A stretch of DNA of 64,000 bases from Octopus vulgaris (GCA_951406725.2 OX597818.1:121458001-121522000); one strand, 5' to 3'. Shown: positions 40,666-54,678, counted from the first letter of the stretch. Notes: generated from the sequence alone by a model not told the origin. Numbers and translations are program-made.

Positions 40666-41488
40666 AGATGTGTTCCCTTAGCTTAACCCTTTGTGTTTTT
40701 TTTTTTTCTTGTGTAGAACAGGACATACCTCCCTGATGTCCATGTGCCCTAAATGACACACGTTCCCAATTTTTTTGCAATCACCACATTAAAATTGGAC
40801 TTAAATGATAGGAGAGCTTTATATTACTCAAAGTCTGTAAGACAAAAGCTAGCTAAAAGTCTGACAACAAGCATGGGTGATTCAGACAAATTTATGAAAA
40901 TGCCTTGGACAGGCAACGGGTTAAGTATTTATTAAAGAAAACTATTATATACAGCTTTGTTTAATAAAATTCAAATATGAATAATCGAGATTATAAGATA
41001 AACATTTGCAATATATTTTCATTCTTTAAATTCATAAAAGAGAAAACTCATGGAATTAATTTCGAGAAGTCAACAATAAAAGTTCGATATTTTTTTTTTT
41101 TAGTCTGAAATAAAAAAAATATACGAAACGTTATTGCAGATGAAAACGATTTTTATTGCTCCCGGACGAATAAGACAAAATAAATGTAATGGGGATTATT
41201 AAATAGGCATAACTATATAATTGGTACTCACTAAAAAAAAAATTTGACTGCAGGCTTACTTTTAATTTGGTATTTACCTAAGATAGAACGCTGCCAAACA
41301 CGGTGGTACATATCCTACTTGATCTCTGAATCTGCTTGAAATAACAACCAAATCTACCACAAACCATTCTCTGTGATGTTAAAAAATTAATGGAAGCAGA
41401 CATTAGATAACAGTTCTGTACATACAGTTAGAACGCCTTTGATCATAAGCCTGTTAGATAGACTTCAGCATCAACAGTTTTTTTTCGT

Positions 41489-41534
<46 letters not shown>

Positions 41535-41560
41535 GTATGTATTATAAATATATATATATA

Positions 41561-41755
<195 letters not shown>

Positions 41756-42086
41756 TTAGATTACGATATCCGTTTTGCTAAGTATTTTTTTTTTTTTTCA
41801 CTTTTTCAACTTATTTCTTTTTCTTCCATTGAAAACTACTAGTGGGACAATATTTCCTACTAATTAAATTACATGTGACTTCTGCTGTTGTTGCTGTTTC
41901 CTTGCATAAAGTTAATGTCTTGCTGTGCCCTTGGTATTAATAAGAATCTCGAAACTAGTTAGAATGAGCAGTTGATAAAGATATATAATATTTTCTGAAG
42001 CGAAATGATATCTGGCATACAAGTTTTTTTTTTTTCTCTGGTGAGACCCAATATTAGGTTATTGCACTCGTTATTTCAAGCTTAAT

Positions 42087-42700
42087 GAAGGCGGTGAGCT
42101 AACAAAATCGTTAGTACACCAGGCAAAATGCTTAGAGCATTTCGCCCGTCTTTATTTTTTTTAGTTCAACTACGCCAAGATCGACTTTGCCTTTTATCTT
42201 TTTGTGGTCGATGAAATAAGTACCAGTTGAGCACTAAAGTATAAAAAATAAATGCGCCCTTTTTAAAGTGTTTTGCTCAAGAACACAACGCGTTGCCGGT
42301 CTAGAAATCGAAGCCACAATCTTACGATCATGATGCTGACACCCTAACCACTAAGCCACGCACCTCCACAAATAAATGCGCCCTTTTAAAGCGTAGCCAG
42401 ACTCATGGGTTCAGTTTCCCCGTTTCAATGGCGTATGTGTTCCCCAGCTGGACGGGACGGCAGTCCATCGCAACGTTACTCATTTTTGCCAGCTGAGTGG
42501 ACTGGAGCAACGTGAAATGAAGTGTTTTGCTCAAGAACACAACGCGTCGCCCGGTCCAGGAATCGAAACCACAATCTTACGATCATGATGCTGACACCTT
42601 AACCACTAAGCCACACGCTTCCACAGTTGAGCACTAGGCTCTATATAATCGATTTATCTCCTCTCCAAAATTCCAGGCTTTGTGCCTGTAGTAGAGAGGA
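42087..42700. mobile_element. SINE A (+) interrupted by a tandem family-B SINE (-), 42237-42623
   Basis: 13-bp TSD cagttgagcacta at 42224-42236 and 42624-42636. Confidence 0.88.
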
Positions 42701-42844
42701 TATTTCTAGCTTAATGAGACGGCAATTGATATAAGTGCATTATTTCCATTAAAATTTTAGTTTCAATTTTATTTTTGAAAGAGTAAATTATCAACTGCTC
42801 CTGATCCGTATCAGCCATTTTGTAAATAATATCTTATATTTTGA

Positions 42845-43430
42845 AGGCGGAGAGTTGGCAGAAACGTTAGCATGCCGGGTAAACTGCTAAGGGGTATTTC
42901 GTCCGCCGCTGCGTTATAAGTTCAAATTCCGCCGAGGTCGACTTTGCCTTTCATCCTTTCGGAGTCGATAAATTAAGTACCAGTTACGCACTGAGGTCGA
43001 TGTAATCGACTCAATCCGTTTGTCTATCCTTGTTTGTCCCCTCTGTGTTTAGCCCCTTGTGGGTAATAAAGAAATAAGAATCGTTAACACGCCGGGCGAA
43101 CTGCTTAGGGGTATTTCGTCTGTCTTTAAGTTCTGTGTTCAAATTCCACCGAAGTCGACTTTGCCTTTTATCCTTTCGGCGTCGATGAATTAAGTACCAG
43201 TTGCATACTGGGTCGATCTAATCGATTACCTCCTCCCCTAGAATCGTTTGCACGTTAGATAACATGTGTAACAACATTTCTTCTGGATTTTTGTGTTTCG
43301 AGTTCAAATGTCGCCGAGGCCGACTTTGCTTTTTCGCCATTTAAGTTGATAAAATAAACACCAGTTGAGCATTGGAGTCGTTGTAATCGACTTCCCCTCA
43401 AAATTGCTAAATTTTTGCCAAAATGATAAA
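42845..43430 (+). mobile_element. SINE family A, three consecutive monomers
   Basis: Three B-box/core repeats at about 42920, 43137 and 43300. Confidence 0.88.
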
Positions 43431-43644
43431 GGATATTTCTATCTTAATGTTCTAAGAATGAATAATAAAAAAACATGTAGCCACGGTGCAAAAGTCATAA
43501 AATGTGTACTATTAATTTACTTTGACCTCTGTCACAATATATGACTTGTTTGTTGTCCAAGAGAACAATATGAATTTTATTCTGATGGCTGAGGTGGGGT
43601 GTTTTTAATAGAAGTGTTATACCAGTAGTCTATGATTTGAATTG

Positions 43645-43972
43645 TGAAGGTGCGTGGCTTAGTGGTTAGGGCATTCGGCTCACGACTGTAGGGTCGTGAG
43701 TTCCATTCCTGGCGACGCGTTGTGTCCTTGAGCAAGACAATTTATTTCACGTTGCTCCAGTCCACTCAGCTGGCAAAAATGGGATGTACCTGTATTTCAA
43801 AGGGCCAGCCTTGTCACACTCAGTGTGTCCCGCTGAATCTCCCTGAGAACTACGTTAGGGGCACACGTGTCTGTAGATTGCTCAGTCACTTGCACGTTAA
43901 TTTCACGAGCAAGCTGTTCCGTTGATCGTATCAGCTGGGACCCTCGTCGTCGTAACCGACGAAGTGCTCCAT
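43645..43972 (+). mobile_element. SINE family B, full length
   Basis: tRNA-like head tggcttagtggttagggc..gagttccattcc; complete body. Confidence 0.9.
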
Positions 43973-44537
43973 GATTTGAATTATTTTCAAATAAATTTTG
44001 TCTATTGGTGGTTCGCGTTTTTTCTTTTTTTCTTTCCATTAAATGGACTTTCCTTCTGTAATCATTATATATTGTGGTTACTCTAGCATAATATGTCATA
44101 GGAAGGCAGCATGCAGAGAGCATTTCTGAAAAGCTACACATGATTTTGCTGATAACTCCTGCACTGGTGTAAAAAAAAAAATAACCTAGTTAATACAGTT
44201 ATTAACAAAACAAAAATAAGTTAATCAGTTAGCAGTGCAGTTTGTGTATATTTCAGGGCAAAAAACTGAGAGTTCCTCTTCATGAAAGCTAATATTTACA
44301 TTAGTTATCGAGAAGTATTTTCTCGGACTTAAAGTTCCGAGATAAAATAATAATTGAAACGCTGCTGAAAGTTACGGGCAGGAAATAGAGGTAAGCACCT
44401 ACCCAAGGGTGCAAGGAACTGCAGCACTCCGGAAATACATGTGTGAATGTTGAAAACTAATCTAAGATAAAAGTAAACGGTAGAAAAAATATCTGAAAAT
44501 TGAAAATATTACATTACATACAAAATATAACATATTT

Positions 44538-44932
44538 TGTTCTACTCTAAGCACAAGGCCCGAAATTTTAGGGGAGGAGGCAGTCGATTAGATCGACCCC
44601 AGTTCGCAACTGGTACTTAATTTATCGACGCCGAAAGGATAAAAGGCAAAGTCGACTTCGACGGAATTTGAACTCAGAACGTAACGGCAGACGAAATACC
44701 TATTTCTTAACTACCCACAAGGGGCTAAACACAGAGAGGACAAATAAGGACAGACAAACGGATTGAGTCGATTACATCGATCCCAGTGCATAACTGGTGC
44801 TTAATTTATCGACCCCGAAAGGATGAAAGGCAAAGTCGACTTCGGCGGAATTTGAACTCAGAACTTAAAGACAGGCGAAATACCCCTTAGCAGTTCGCCT
44901 GGCATGCTAACGTTTCTGCCAGATCGCCGCCT
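44538..44932 (-). mobile_element. SINE family A dimer
   Basis: Head-core-tail1-core-tail2 on the minus strand. Confidence 0.9.
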
Positions 44933-45696
44933 TCAAAATATAAGATATTATTTACAAAATGGCTGATACTGATCAGGAGCAGTTGGTAATTTACTCTTTC
45001 AAAAATAAAATTGAAACTGAAATTTTAATGGAAATAATGCACTTATATCAATTATATGAATCCTTTGCTTGTCCAAGACAATTTTATAAGTTTGCCCTAA
45101 ACGTCGATGTCTGTTCTCAGACTTATAGTAGCCCTCGTTTCTTTTTTACGTTCTGAATAATATAGAGCTTATCTCATACATTCATAACACATCATATATA
45201 TATCATAAATAGGTCCTGTGTATCACAAGTCATACGCGGGACAGGCAAAGGATTAAGATATATCAGAAGGAGGACTGATTCAGGAAATCAAAGTATAGTT
45301 ATGTTTTAAACATTTTATACTGATATAAGACGCTAAAGATTATCTATATCCCAAATCACCCAAATAACTACAAATACGTCAAATTTGTGATGAGACTTAG
45401 TACTGCAAATTGTCCTTGTGGTTCTTGTTATCTAACCCTTGGTCAACCACGATCGAGGATGCCTCTATTCGAGGACATTTAAGCTATAACCACTCCATCT
45501 TTTATTCAGACAGTATATCTAGGATTACATCATTTCAACAATTACATTGTGAAAGACATTTTAGCCGTTCAAAGATACTAAAACAATTGACTTCACTAAA
45601 ATATTTATTATTTGGTGTCAAACTTTTCGTCGCAATAACTGAGTTCGTCACAAACACGGTTTCGCTGCAGTGGGAAATTTTGACACCAGATAATAT

Positions 45697-45868
45697 TTTC
45701 TACTCTAAGCACAATGCCTGAACTTTTGGTGGAGTGGGGACAGCCGATTAGATCGATGCCAGTACGCAACTGTTTCTTAATTTATCGACTCCGAAAGGAT
45801 GAAAGGCAAAGTCTACCTGGGCGGATTTGAACTCAGAATGTAAGCATTTTTCCCGGCGTGCTAATGTT
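45697..45868 (-). mobile_element. SINE family A monomer with tail2
   Basis: Core match. Confidence 0.8.
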
Positions 45869-46097
45869 TCTTGATTTTTATGTGTTTGACTTCGAGGTTC
45901 TGGTTCAACACCAGTCTCTTGGCATTCACTTGAGCCGCAGAGCCGATTCGTATTGCTTCCTTTAAGTCCTTAACTAGAGCTGATTCCCTTCTAGCCTCTC
46001 TAGTCACTAAACCTATGCTATATCTAATAGACTCATATTTAATGGCTCGCTTAAATAGCATTCCTGGTCAATTTAGAAATTTGGAAACAAATATTGT

Positions 46098-46638
46098 TAT
46101 GTTTTGGAGCCGAGTTTTTGGATCTTATCCATCGAGTGAATGTGACGGGTGATAGTATCATGATAACATACTATTTGAGCTAATTCTCTTGTGGATTGAC
46201 GTGCATCCTCGTTTGGTGAGCTTCTAACTGAACTGAATAGGTCGGTTGGAACGCGGAGAGTGTCTGAGGTCGAATTTCCCCTCCTTGAATAGTGAAAGCA
46301 ATTTCTGTGCAATTCTGTCAGTTATAACGCCATTCTTGTACACGATATAAACGTCTCGAGCGATTTTGGTAGCTTTGGAACCCTGGTTGAAAGCAAAGAG
46401 AAACAGGCATAGAAAATGCTCATTGTTTTTCTTCTTGGAATTCTATCTGAAAACAGGCAAAATTTATTCAAATTTTCAATTTTAGTTGATGTACTGCCGA
46501 AGCTCGTGCAAAAAATTATTCAAAAAGTTGTTGAGGAGAATAGAGTTACAAAATGAACGTAAAACACCACGATAGAAATATTTTTCGTATTAATTCAAAT
46601 AACAAGGGAAAGAAACGAATTTGCTTGACAATCCAACA
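46098..46638 (-). pseudogene. mariner transposase 5' remnant
   Basis: EHFLCLFLFAFNQGSKATKIARDV.. and EDARQSTRELAQ..TITRHIHSMDKIQKLG; TIR-like end near 46638. Confidence 0.75.
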
Positions 46639-48659
46639 TGTATTTTAACGGTAAGGTGTTATTTAATGGCGATTTGGCCAACGAGTGCTACACATTGAGA
46701 GCAAGCGGAAATTTTTGAACAAAGAACTCTTCAGACATTATACTGACATTTTTTTGAATCGGCTAACACCTGTCTTATTTGGAGTATCATTACATGTGAA
46801 AAGTCAATGAGAAACATTCAGAATATTTTCGATAAAAGTGATAGAACCTCGCAGACACAACTATTTTAGATAAATTAATTTCGTTTTCTACCGTCATTTG
46901 ATTTTGTTTCCCATAAATTCTGACTTAAAACTCAACGGCGTAAATACAGGATTTTATTTGCGTTATAAATTTGTTTGTGTTATAAATTGCGTAACAAATA
47001 CTCTAGATAAAAACTACTGAAGTTTAACCTGGGGGAAATAGAATTGAGAATTATGGTGCGGGGAGTACATATTTCAATTGAATTTTTTACTTAGTGGGAA
47101 GTACCAAGAACATATCAATTGAATACATATTTTTATTGAGGATTGTTTTAAGAAAAAACAACTCTCAATAATTTGAGAACATTGTTTTGTTCTCATTTCT
47201 CAGATTGCTGCTGTCCAAACAAAAGACGAAAACAAATATATCAGGCTAAATAGAAAAACAAATTTAGAGTTTGTTTTAAACTGTTTATTCTGTCGAAGAT
47301 GTAATATTGTTTTCGTGGTGATCCTGTTCTTTTCAGAATGTTTTGGAGATGGCCTACTTGAATCATTTCTCATTGCAACTCTCACTTCAAGGGTCGATTT
47401 AAAAATCAACCACGTAACGAGGGAGTCCGAAAAAAAAACAGACCAACTTCCAGTACCCATCACCCTCTGGGACATATCGTAAGGCTCCCGACGAACCTCA
47501 GAGACAACGGTGCAAGAGATATCTCAAGATGAACTCGCACCAGATGATCGATTGGGACCTTCAGCCAGCTAAACCTACGATAGAACGACGTCCTGAGGGT
47601 GACTGCTAAGCAGTCTTGCGGGACTACTTTGACTGGCGCATGAGTCACCCGACGCGGAAGCACCTATGTCTAAGTTATATAAAAACTACTGAAATATCCA
47701 TAAAATATATATTAAACACAAATAAATTTATATGAAACCCTTTAACAACTAAGTCAGTTGGGCTATTTATAGTTCAGTGTCTCTACCAGAAATTATGACT
47801 AGTTACCAATTTATGGCATTAAGGATATGCTAGCTTATGTTCTTCAAGATAAAAGTGCTCCATGTGCTTCACTTGAACGATTAACATTATTTGAATACTC
47901 TGTTAACATTACCACCGAGTAGAGATGATAACGATATTCCAAATGCAAAATAAAATGTTCCACCAAATTACTTCTAAACACAGACCTGATGACCTAAGTC
48001 TTCATAGAAATTGCAAATTCCAGATAAAGATATCCTGCAATTTCAACTCCGATTGAAACATTAATTTTATATTGGAGGAATGACACCAAGACATTCCACG
48101 AAGTAATGGCGTACTGTGATCAAATTCGGAAGCACATGGTTGCGAGAAGCCAATGTTCTCAGACAGGTATGCCTCCACCTGCATATACATGTGTGGGTGT
48201 ACATGCACACACACGCACCCCCCCCACACACACACATACATATATACACACATACATATATACATATATGAAATTTAAAGAAAACAGAAAATGGAGAAGT
48301 ACTAATAAACGACAATTGACTTACATCAATTATTATTTATTAATTCAATGCCAATAGACTGCATCCCATCTAACAGCTGTTTCTGTTTCCAATGTTGTAT
48401 GGTATTGCTACTGATGTGCAAAAATATGTAAGAATATTAATCATATTTGGTAAAAGAATCGATCTGAAACAAGGAGCTTCATCGGATTGAAGAATAAATA
48501 AAAAGGAAGAACATAGAGAAGAAAAGGGGTAATTTGAATGTGGTTGTAATCATGCCATTTTGCTTGTGTGTCTCTTTGGAACTTAACGTCACTCTGACTG
48601 AAAGAAGTAGAACAAAAAAAAATGCCATTTTAATCCCAAGCAAGGCCGGGTATTTCTCT

Positions 48660-48701
48660 GTTAGTATATACACGTATATATATTTACATACATATGTATG
48701 C

Positions 48702-48775
<74 letters not shown>

Positions 48776-48885
48776 CACATATACATATATATATACACAT
48801 ATACATATACATAAATAAATATATACATATATACATATATAGACATATATATATATATATACGTATATATATACATATATACATA

Positions 48886-48935
<50 letters not shown>

Positions 48936-49232
48936 CATACATATATATATATATGCATACATATATACACACAATATATACACATATATACATGCATATA
49001 TACACACATATACATACATATATATACATATATATAAATACATATATATACATATGTACATATAAATGCATATATATATGCATAAATGTATATACATATA
49101 TACACATATATATGCATACATTTACATTTATATGTATACATATATATATATACACATATACATATATATATACATACATATATATATACATAAATATATA
49201 CACATATATATTCATATGTATATATACATACA

Positions 49233-49300
<68 letters not shown>
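48660..49300. repeat. Degenerate (TA)n/(TACA)n microsatellite
   Basis: Direct inspection. Confidence 0.97.
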
Positions 49301-49531
49301 AAACATTGAATTTCTAAATGTCTCGTAGAGACATGTACGGTGGTGGGGCGATAGAATGGTTGTATACTGTCAATCTAACAATATATATATATATATATAT
49401 ATAAACTCTCTTCTTGAGTGGGCCATAGTGCCCAAATTCTGACTTGAAAGACTTCACCAGGTGGTGCTATTAAGTTATATATGGCCTAGGCCAATAATGC
49501 TCGAAACCTATCAAAGTATCAATGTATCAAA

Positions 49532-49596
<65 letters not shown>

Positions 49597-49599
<3 letters not shown>

Positions 49600-49712
49600 T
49601 TCCGGGTTCAGTCCCATTGCGTGCACCTTGGGTAAGTTGCTTCTACTATAGCCTCGTGCTGACCAAAGCCTTTTGAGTGGATTTGGTAGACGGAAACTGA
49701 AAGAAGCCCGTC

Positions 49713-49773
<61 letters not shown>

Positions 49774-49942
49774 CTTGTGTATCTGTGTAAATCCCCCCAG
49801 CATCGCTTGACAGCCGATGCTGGTGTTTTTACGTTCCCAAAACTTAGCTGTTCGGCAAAACAGACCGATAGAATAAGTACTAGGCTTACAAACAATAAGT
49901 CCTGCGGTCGATTTTCTCGACTAAAGGTGATGCTCCAGCATT
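49597..49942 (+). mobile_element. SINE family D, 5'-truncated
   Basis: Matches the other D copies. Confidence 0.85.
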
Positions 49943-49984
49943 CCTAAACAGAGACAGAATGGCTACATAGTAACACGAAATAAA

Positions 49985-50990
49985 ATAAGATCATATGCAT
50001 TAAAATGGGCAAAAGCCAGCCAAGATGAAAGTCAGGAATTTGAAGCAACATGAACAGAAAGAATCTAGTGATACGACAAAAAACGAAAATCGCTGAAAAG
50101 CTACCAAGATACCTTGACCATAAAATTACCAATTTTCTTCGATTTATTATTGAAATGAGGCAAAGTTATCAGTTTCCTATGTTATGTATCGGAAACATTG
50201 ATGAGACCCCATTAAACTTTGACATGATGCGTGATAGAATGGTTAACATGAAAGGCGCAAAAACTGTGCATGTTACAGACACGGGTCATGAAAAGACATG
50301 GTTTGCGGTCGTGTCGTATTATCGTGCGTGGCTAACGGAACGAAACTGAAACCCATGATAATTTTTAAGTGAAAAACTAAGCCTAAAATAAATTTTCCTT
50401 CTGGAGTATTTGTTCATTTTCGCGAAAAAGGATGGATAGATAAGTATGGCATAAAATTGAGGATAGAAAATATTTGGAGCAGACGTCCTGGTGGGATAAA
50501 AAATGAAAGAAGTCTATTGGTTTCGGATATGTTTTGTAGCCACATAACAGAGAACACTAAGGCCAGATTATCACGAAATAATAGTGATATTGCAGTTATA
50601 CCTGGTAGTCTGACCACTTTACTGCAGCCACTAGACGTCAGTCTAAACAAACAATTTAAAGATAATGTGAGAGAGATATGGAGTAATTGGATGCTGCACG
50701 GAGAGAAATTTTTTACAAAAGGCGGAGCTATGCGTGCGACTTCAGTGGATGTTTTGTGTGAGTTTGTTATAAATGCATGGGGAAACGGGAAGAAAGAAAG
50801 TATAGTAAAATTATTAAAAATGCCGTATCTCTAATGCAATGGATGGTACGGATGATGATACGCTGTATGAGATTGAAGATGAAACCTAAGCAGATTCACC
50901 AGATTCTAAGTGGGACCCTTACATTGAAACTCTAAAGGATTTGCTTGACGAACGTTTGGGTCAGATGATGATGATTGTAGCAATTTTGAA
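49985..50990 (+). pseudogene. pogo-superfamily (DDE_1, POGK/Tigger-like) transposase pseudogene
   Basis: IGNIDETPLNFDM..KGAKTVHVTDTGHEK, KLKPMIIFK, LLVSDMFCSH..AVIPGSLTTLLQPLDVSLNKQFKD; frameshift at about 50320 and stops. Confidence 0.9.
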
Positions 50991-51221
50991 GGATTAAATG
51001 TTTGAAACATATCTAAATAAAAATGTATATGTGGTATATTTAATATTTTTGTATTATTTTATTAAAATTGATAATCTTAGTGAAACATATTCTGTAATAC
51101 TTTATTAAAATTCTTAATCTTTGTGAGGAATAAAATATTTTCTGTAGATTGTAGATTTTTAGGTAATGAGAGCTCTATTACATTATTGGTGTCGTATATT
51201 AATGTGAATACAGGCAGAAGT

Positions 51222-51530
51222 AGTGGGGGAGCATCAAAGCCATGTGTTGAAAGGGATTCTTTGGGGTTTGAATAATTCACCTCTGGAAACATGGGTGTTT
51301 CGTTCAACATCCTTAAACATCCCTTATTCAGGGACCTTTTGAGCAGGATGGGTTACTCGACCTGAAGAAAATTCTAACTGGGCCCCACCTGCAAGGTCAT
51401 GTGCTGTTTATCTTAATATGAGATCACCATGTCGCGCACATATGGTTGTGATGCATGTGCCTAGTGTACCCTTATCAGACGGGTAGTCATGATGGGTATA
51501 CTGGGCTTCGTATATTTTACCCCAGTGCGA
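51222..51530. mobile_element. Interspersed repeat family E, copy 2
   Basis: Colinear with 35016-35260. Confidence 0.8.
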
Positions 51531-51573
51531 AAAATACCTTAGGAATGATAACCCAGGTTCGAAATTTCCCCAA

Positions 51574-51619
51574 GACACCTGAAGAAGGCTGGAAGGTATA
51601 TCAGCTGAAACGTTGTGTT
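51574..51619 (+). ncRNA. Canonical-core minimal type-I hammerhead motif
   Basis: gacac-CTGAAGA-a-ggctg gaaggtatat cagct-GAAA-cg-TT-gtgtt; palindromic AACGTT helix III. Confidence 0.7.
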
Positions 51620-52113
51620 AACAAAAAAGATGGGGACAAATATCCGTCGAATGTAAATAATGTACATAATTCCGGCGAGTATTTAAAGGGAACTTTGGCA
51701 GGATGGTCAGTCGCCCGCTGACATTCATTGACGCTGCATCGAAGGAACCAAAGAACAACAAGCCAAGGAAAAAAGGAAAAAAACACACTCAACACCAGAA
51801 CTGGAGACACCTCCGAAAGTAGGGCCCCCGCCACGTCGAAAACAGTAGAGAAGTAGGGGCCGATGCGGACGTGGTTCTTCCTGATGATGTTCTTTACCAC
51901 TGGATCCCATAAAGGGGTTGTTGAGGTAACGAACCAGGAAACGTAGTTGAAATTCCTCCATGGAGTATTTTAAAAAAATAACTAGAGATAGATATGTAAT
52001 GAGGAAAAGACAATATTGTCACATTTTTTTCTTTTGCAAATATGGGAAACCACTCCAGACAGTTTCGGTCTTATTCTGGTCTCTTTATCACACTCATACG
52101 TGCAAACATGTTC

Positions 52114-52183
<70 letters not shown>

Positions 52184-52794
52184 TCACGCTCCTCGCTCTC
52201 TTTCTCTCTCTGTCGCTCGCTCTTTCTCTCTCTCTCGCGGGCTCTTTTTCTCTCGCTCCACCCTGTCATCTCTCCCTTCCTCTATTTCCTTCTGTCCTAC
52301 TTCAAAAGACAAAACTTTCTACCTCTCTCGTCTCACACACTCTCCCTCACATACACACATATCTGCATTTATGTTTTGTCGCTCTACTTTTCACACTTCG
52401 TTAAACACATACACACACACCAACTTTCTCTCTCCCTCTCACCTTTCCTCCTACTTTTACATATTCTTTTATTCTCTATATTCAGACACTCTTTCCCTCA
52501 TTCCAGTCATACTTACAATACCACCGCCGCTGAAACACACGCACGCGCGCGCTTTGACTTTCCCCCCCCCCCGTCTCCTCATTGTATACCCGTTCACATT
52601 GTTACCTATCTCTACATACTTATACTCTTTCACCGTCTCCCATTATATTATTTTCACCGCCGTCACCCAAACATTTACACCCTTGCACCCTCGTCTTACA
52701 CACACCACCAATACGACAACCTCCACCACTGCCGTGTGAACCCCCCCCGCCCTCCCATCCATCACATATATATCAACACTAACGTATGTGTGTG

Positions 52795-52859
<65 letters not shown>

Positions 52860-53027
52860 ACCGGGCGGTTTTTAAGCTCGTATATAGCAACTGACCCCGA
52901 ATGAGAAGATCTGCCAACAGATCCCTGTCTTGTTTTGAAGAGTTTGTTGTAATTGCTTCCTCCAGTGTCATATTCCAATGATAATCATGTTTGCCCCCCC
53001 CTAAAAAAAAAAAAGAAATCATGTAAA

Positions 53028-53298
53028 AAAAAAATCGCCGGAAACAATCGCAGTAATGAAATCATAGGAATCCAAAATTTCAGGATTGTAGGTCCAGATT
53101 CGGCCCGGAATGTTTTTACTTTACTCACGGGAGTTGGCCTTTAGATTATAAAAATTGTTATGGTACAAAAAAATTTGTCGCAAAAAGTCATATAAAAAAA
53201 TTGCCGAAAACAGTCACAGTAATGAAAATCTGGGAATCCAAAATTTCAAGATTGCGGGTTTAGATTCGGCCCAAAATGTTTTTAATTTACTCACAGGG
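53028..53298. repeat. Two diverged ~100-bp direct repeats, period about 166 bp
   Basis: cagtaatgaaa..ggaatccaaaatttca.gattg..agattcggccc..aatgttttta.tttactcac occurs twice. Confidence 0.85.
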
Positions 53299-53409
53299 TC
53301 AGCCTAATTTCATACCGGTATGATATGTTGGGCTACGGCCTCTAGGAGTAAAGTTGAAAAAGTATGACACACTGTCATTCACATTTATTATACTTTTATA
53401 TTAAGGTAG

Positions 53410-53710
53410 TTAGCTGGCAGAATCGTTAGCACGCCGGGCGAAACGCTTAGCGGTATTTGGTCTGCCGCTACGTTCTGAGTTCAAATTCCGCCAGGGCCGA
53501 CTTTGCCTTTCATCCTTTCGGGGTCGATTAAAAATGTGCCAGTTACGCACTGGAGTCGATGTAATCGACTTAATGCGTTTGTTCCCTCTGTGTGTAGCCC
53601 CTTGTGGGCAGTAAAGAAATAGGTATTTCGTTTGCCATTAGGTTTTGAGTTCGAATTCCGCTGAGGTCGACTTTGCCTTTCATCTTTTCGGAGTCGATAA
53701 AATTAGTACC
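53410..53710 (+). mobile_element. SINE family A dimer
   Basis: Head, core, tail1 and a second core. Confidence 0.88.
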
Positions 53711-54165
53711 AAAATTTGAGGCATTGTAATTCCAATAAAAAGGATTTATTAAAGTTGAAAAAGTGTGACACATTTATCATATTAGATATGTCCAAATTGG
53801 GGGAAACTTTATTTCCATGAAAGTGTATATGTATCAAAGAAAGCAAAACAAAAATGATAGTGTTCAGTATGTTGGTCACTGGAATTTCTGTCAAAGAGAT
53901 ATGGTTAAACAAAGTTGTACATCATCTCCCTCTTTCTCTCTTATTATTACTGCCACTACTTTTAATCAAATATCAACTCTCCCTAAATTTCTTTGTCTCT
54001 CTCTCTCTCTTCTCTCTTTCTGTCTGTCTTCTCCACCGCCCTCACCGTCCCTATACTTACTATTACTCTCACCCCAGCACGAGGAATAGCAGAAGTGTCA
54101 TTGATTAGTGAGAGAGGGGGGTCAAAGTGTGACGCACTAACACACAAATTAGTTTTCGCATTTAT

Positions 54166-54208
<43 letters not shown>

Positions 54209-54235
54209 AAGGGTGAAAAGGAACACACGAGTTGA

Positions 54236-54678
54236 TATATATGAAAAAACAAGTAAAAAATAGAAAATGCTAAAATAATTTTATAGTGAACATTTCAGTA
54301 CCGGTTTCGGTCATTTTGAGACCTTTTCAACTGTAACGATTAAATAATTAAATTTAGAAAAATTAGAAGAAAAGTTTTTTTAAAAGAATATTTCTATAGT
54401 AGTGTTCAGATTTAAGTGGCATTCTGCCTTTCTCTGACTCCCTTGTTTGCACTTTGCACACAAGTGCAAACAAGGGAGTCAGAGAAAGGCAGAATGCCAC
54501 TTAAATCTGAACACTACTATAGAAATATTCTTTTAAAAAAACTTTTCTTCTAATTTTTCTAAATTTAATTATTTAATCGTTACAGTTGAAAAGGTCTCAA
54601 AATGACCGAAACCGTACTGAAATGTTCACTATAAAATTATTTTAGCATTTTCTATTTTTACTTGTTTTTTCATATATA
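54236..54678. repeat. Near-perfect palindrome, ~218-bp arms, 7-nt spacer
   Basis: Arms 54236-54454 and 54462-54678; spacer tgcacac. Confidence 0.97.
54296..54333 (-). ncRNA. Minimal hammerhead with U3:A8 core (mirror copy at 54583-54619, +)
   Basis: cag-TTGAAAA-ggtc tcaaaat gacc-GAAA-ccgg-TA-ctg. Confidence 0.65.

Noticed and set aside
51690-51962. GC-richer block, possible Tx1/L1-type 3' end
   Set aside because: Only a vague resemblance; no coding motif confirmed
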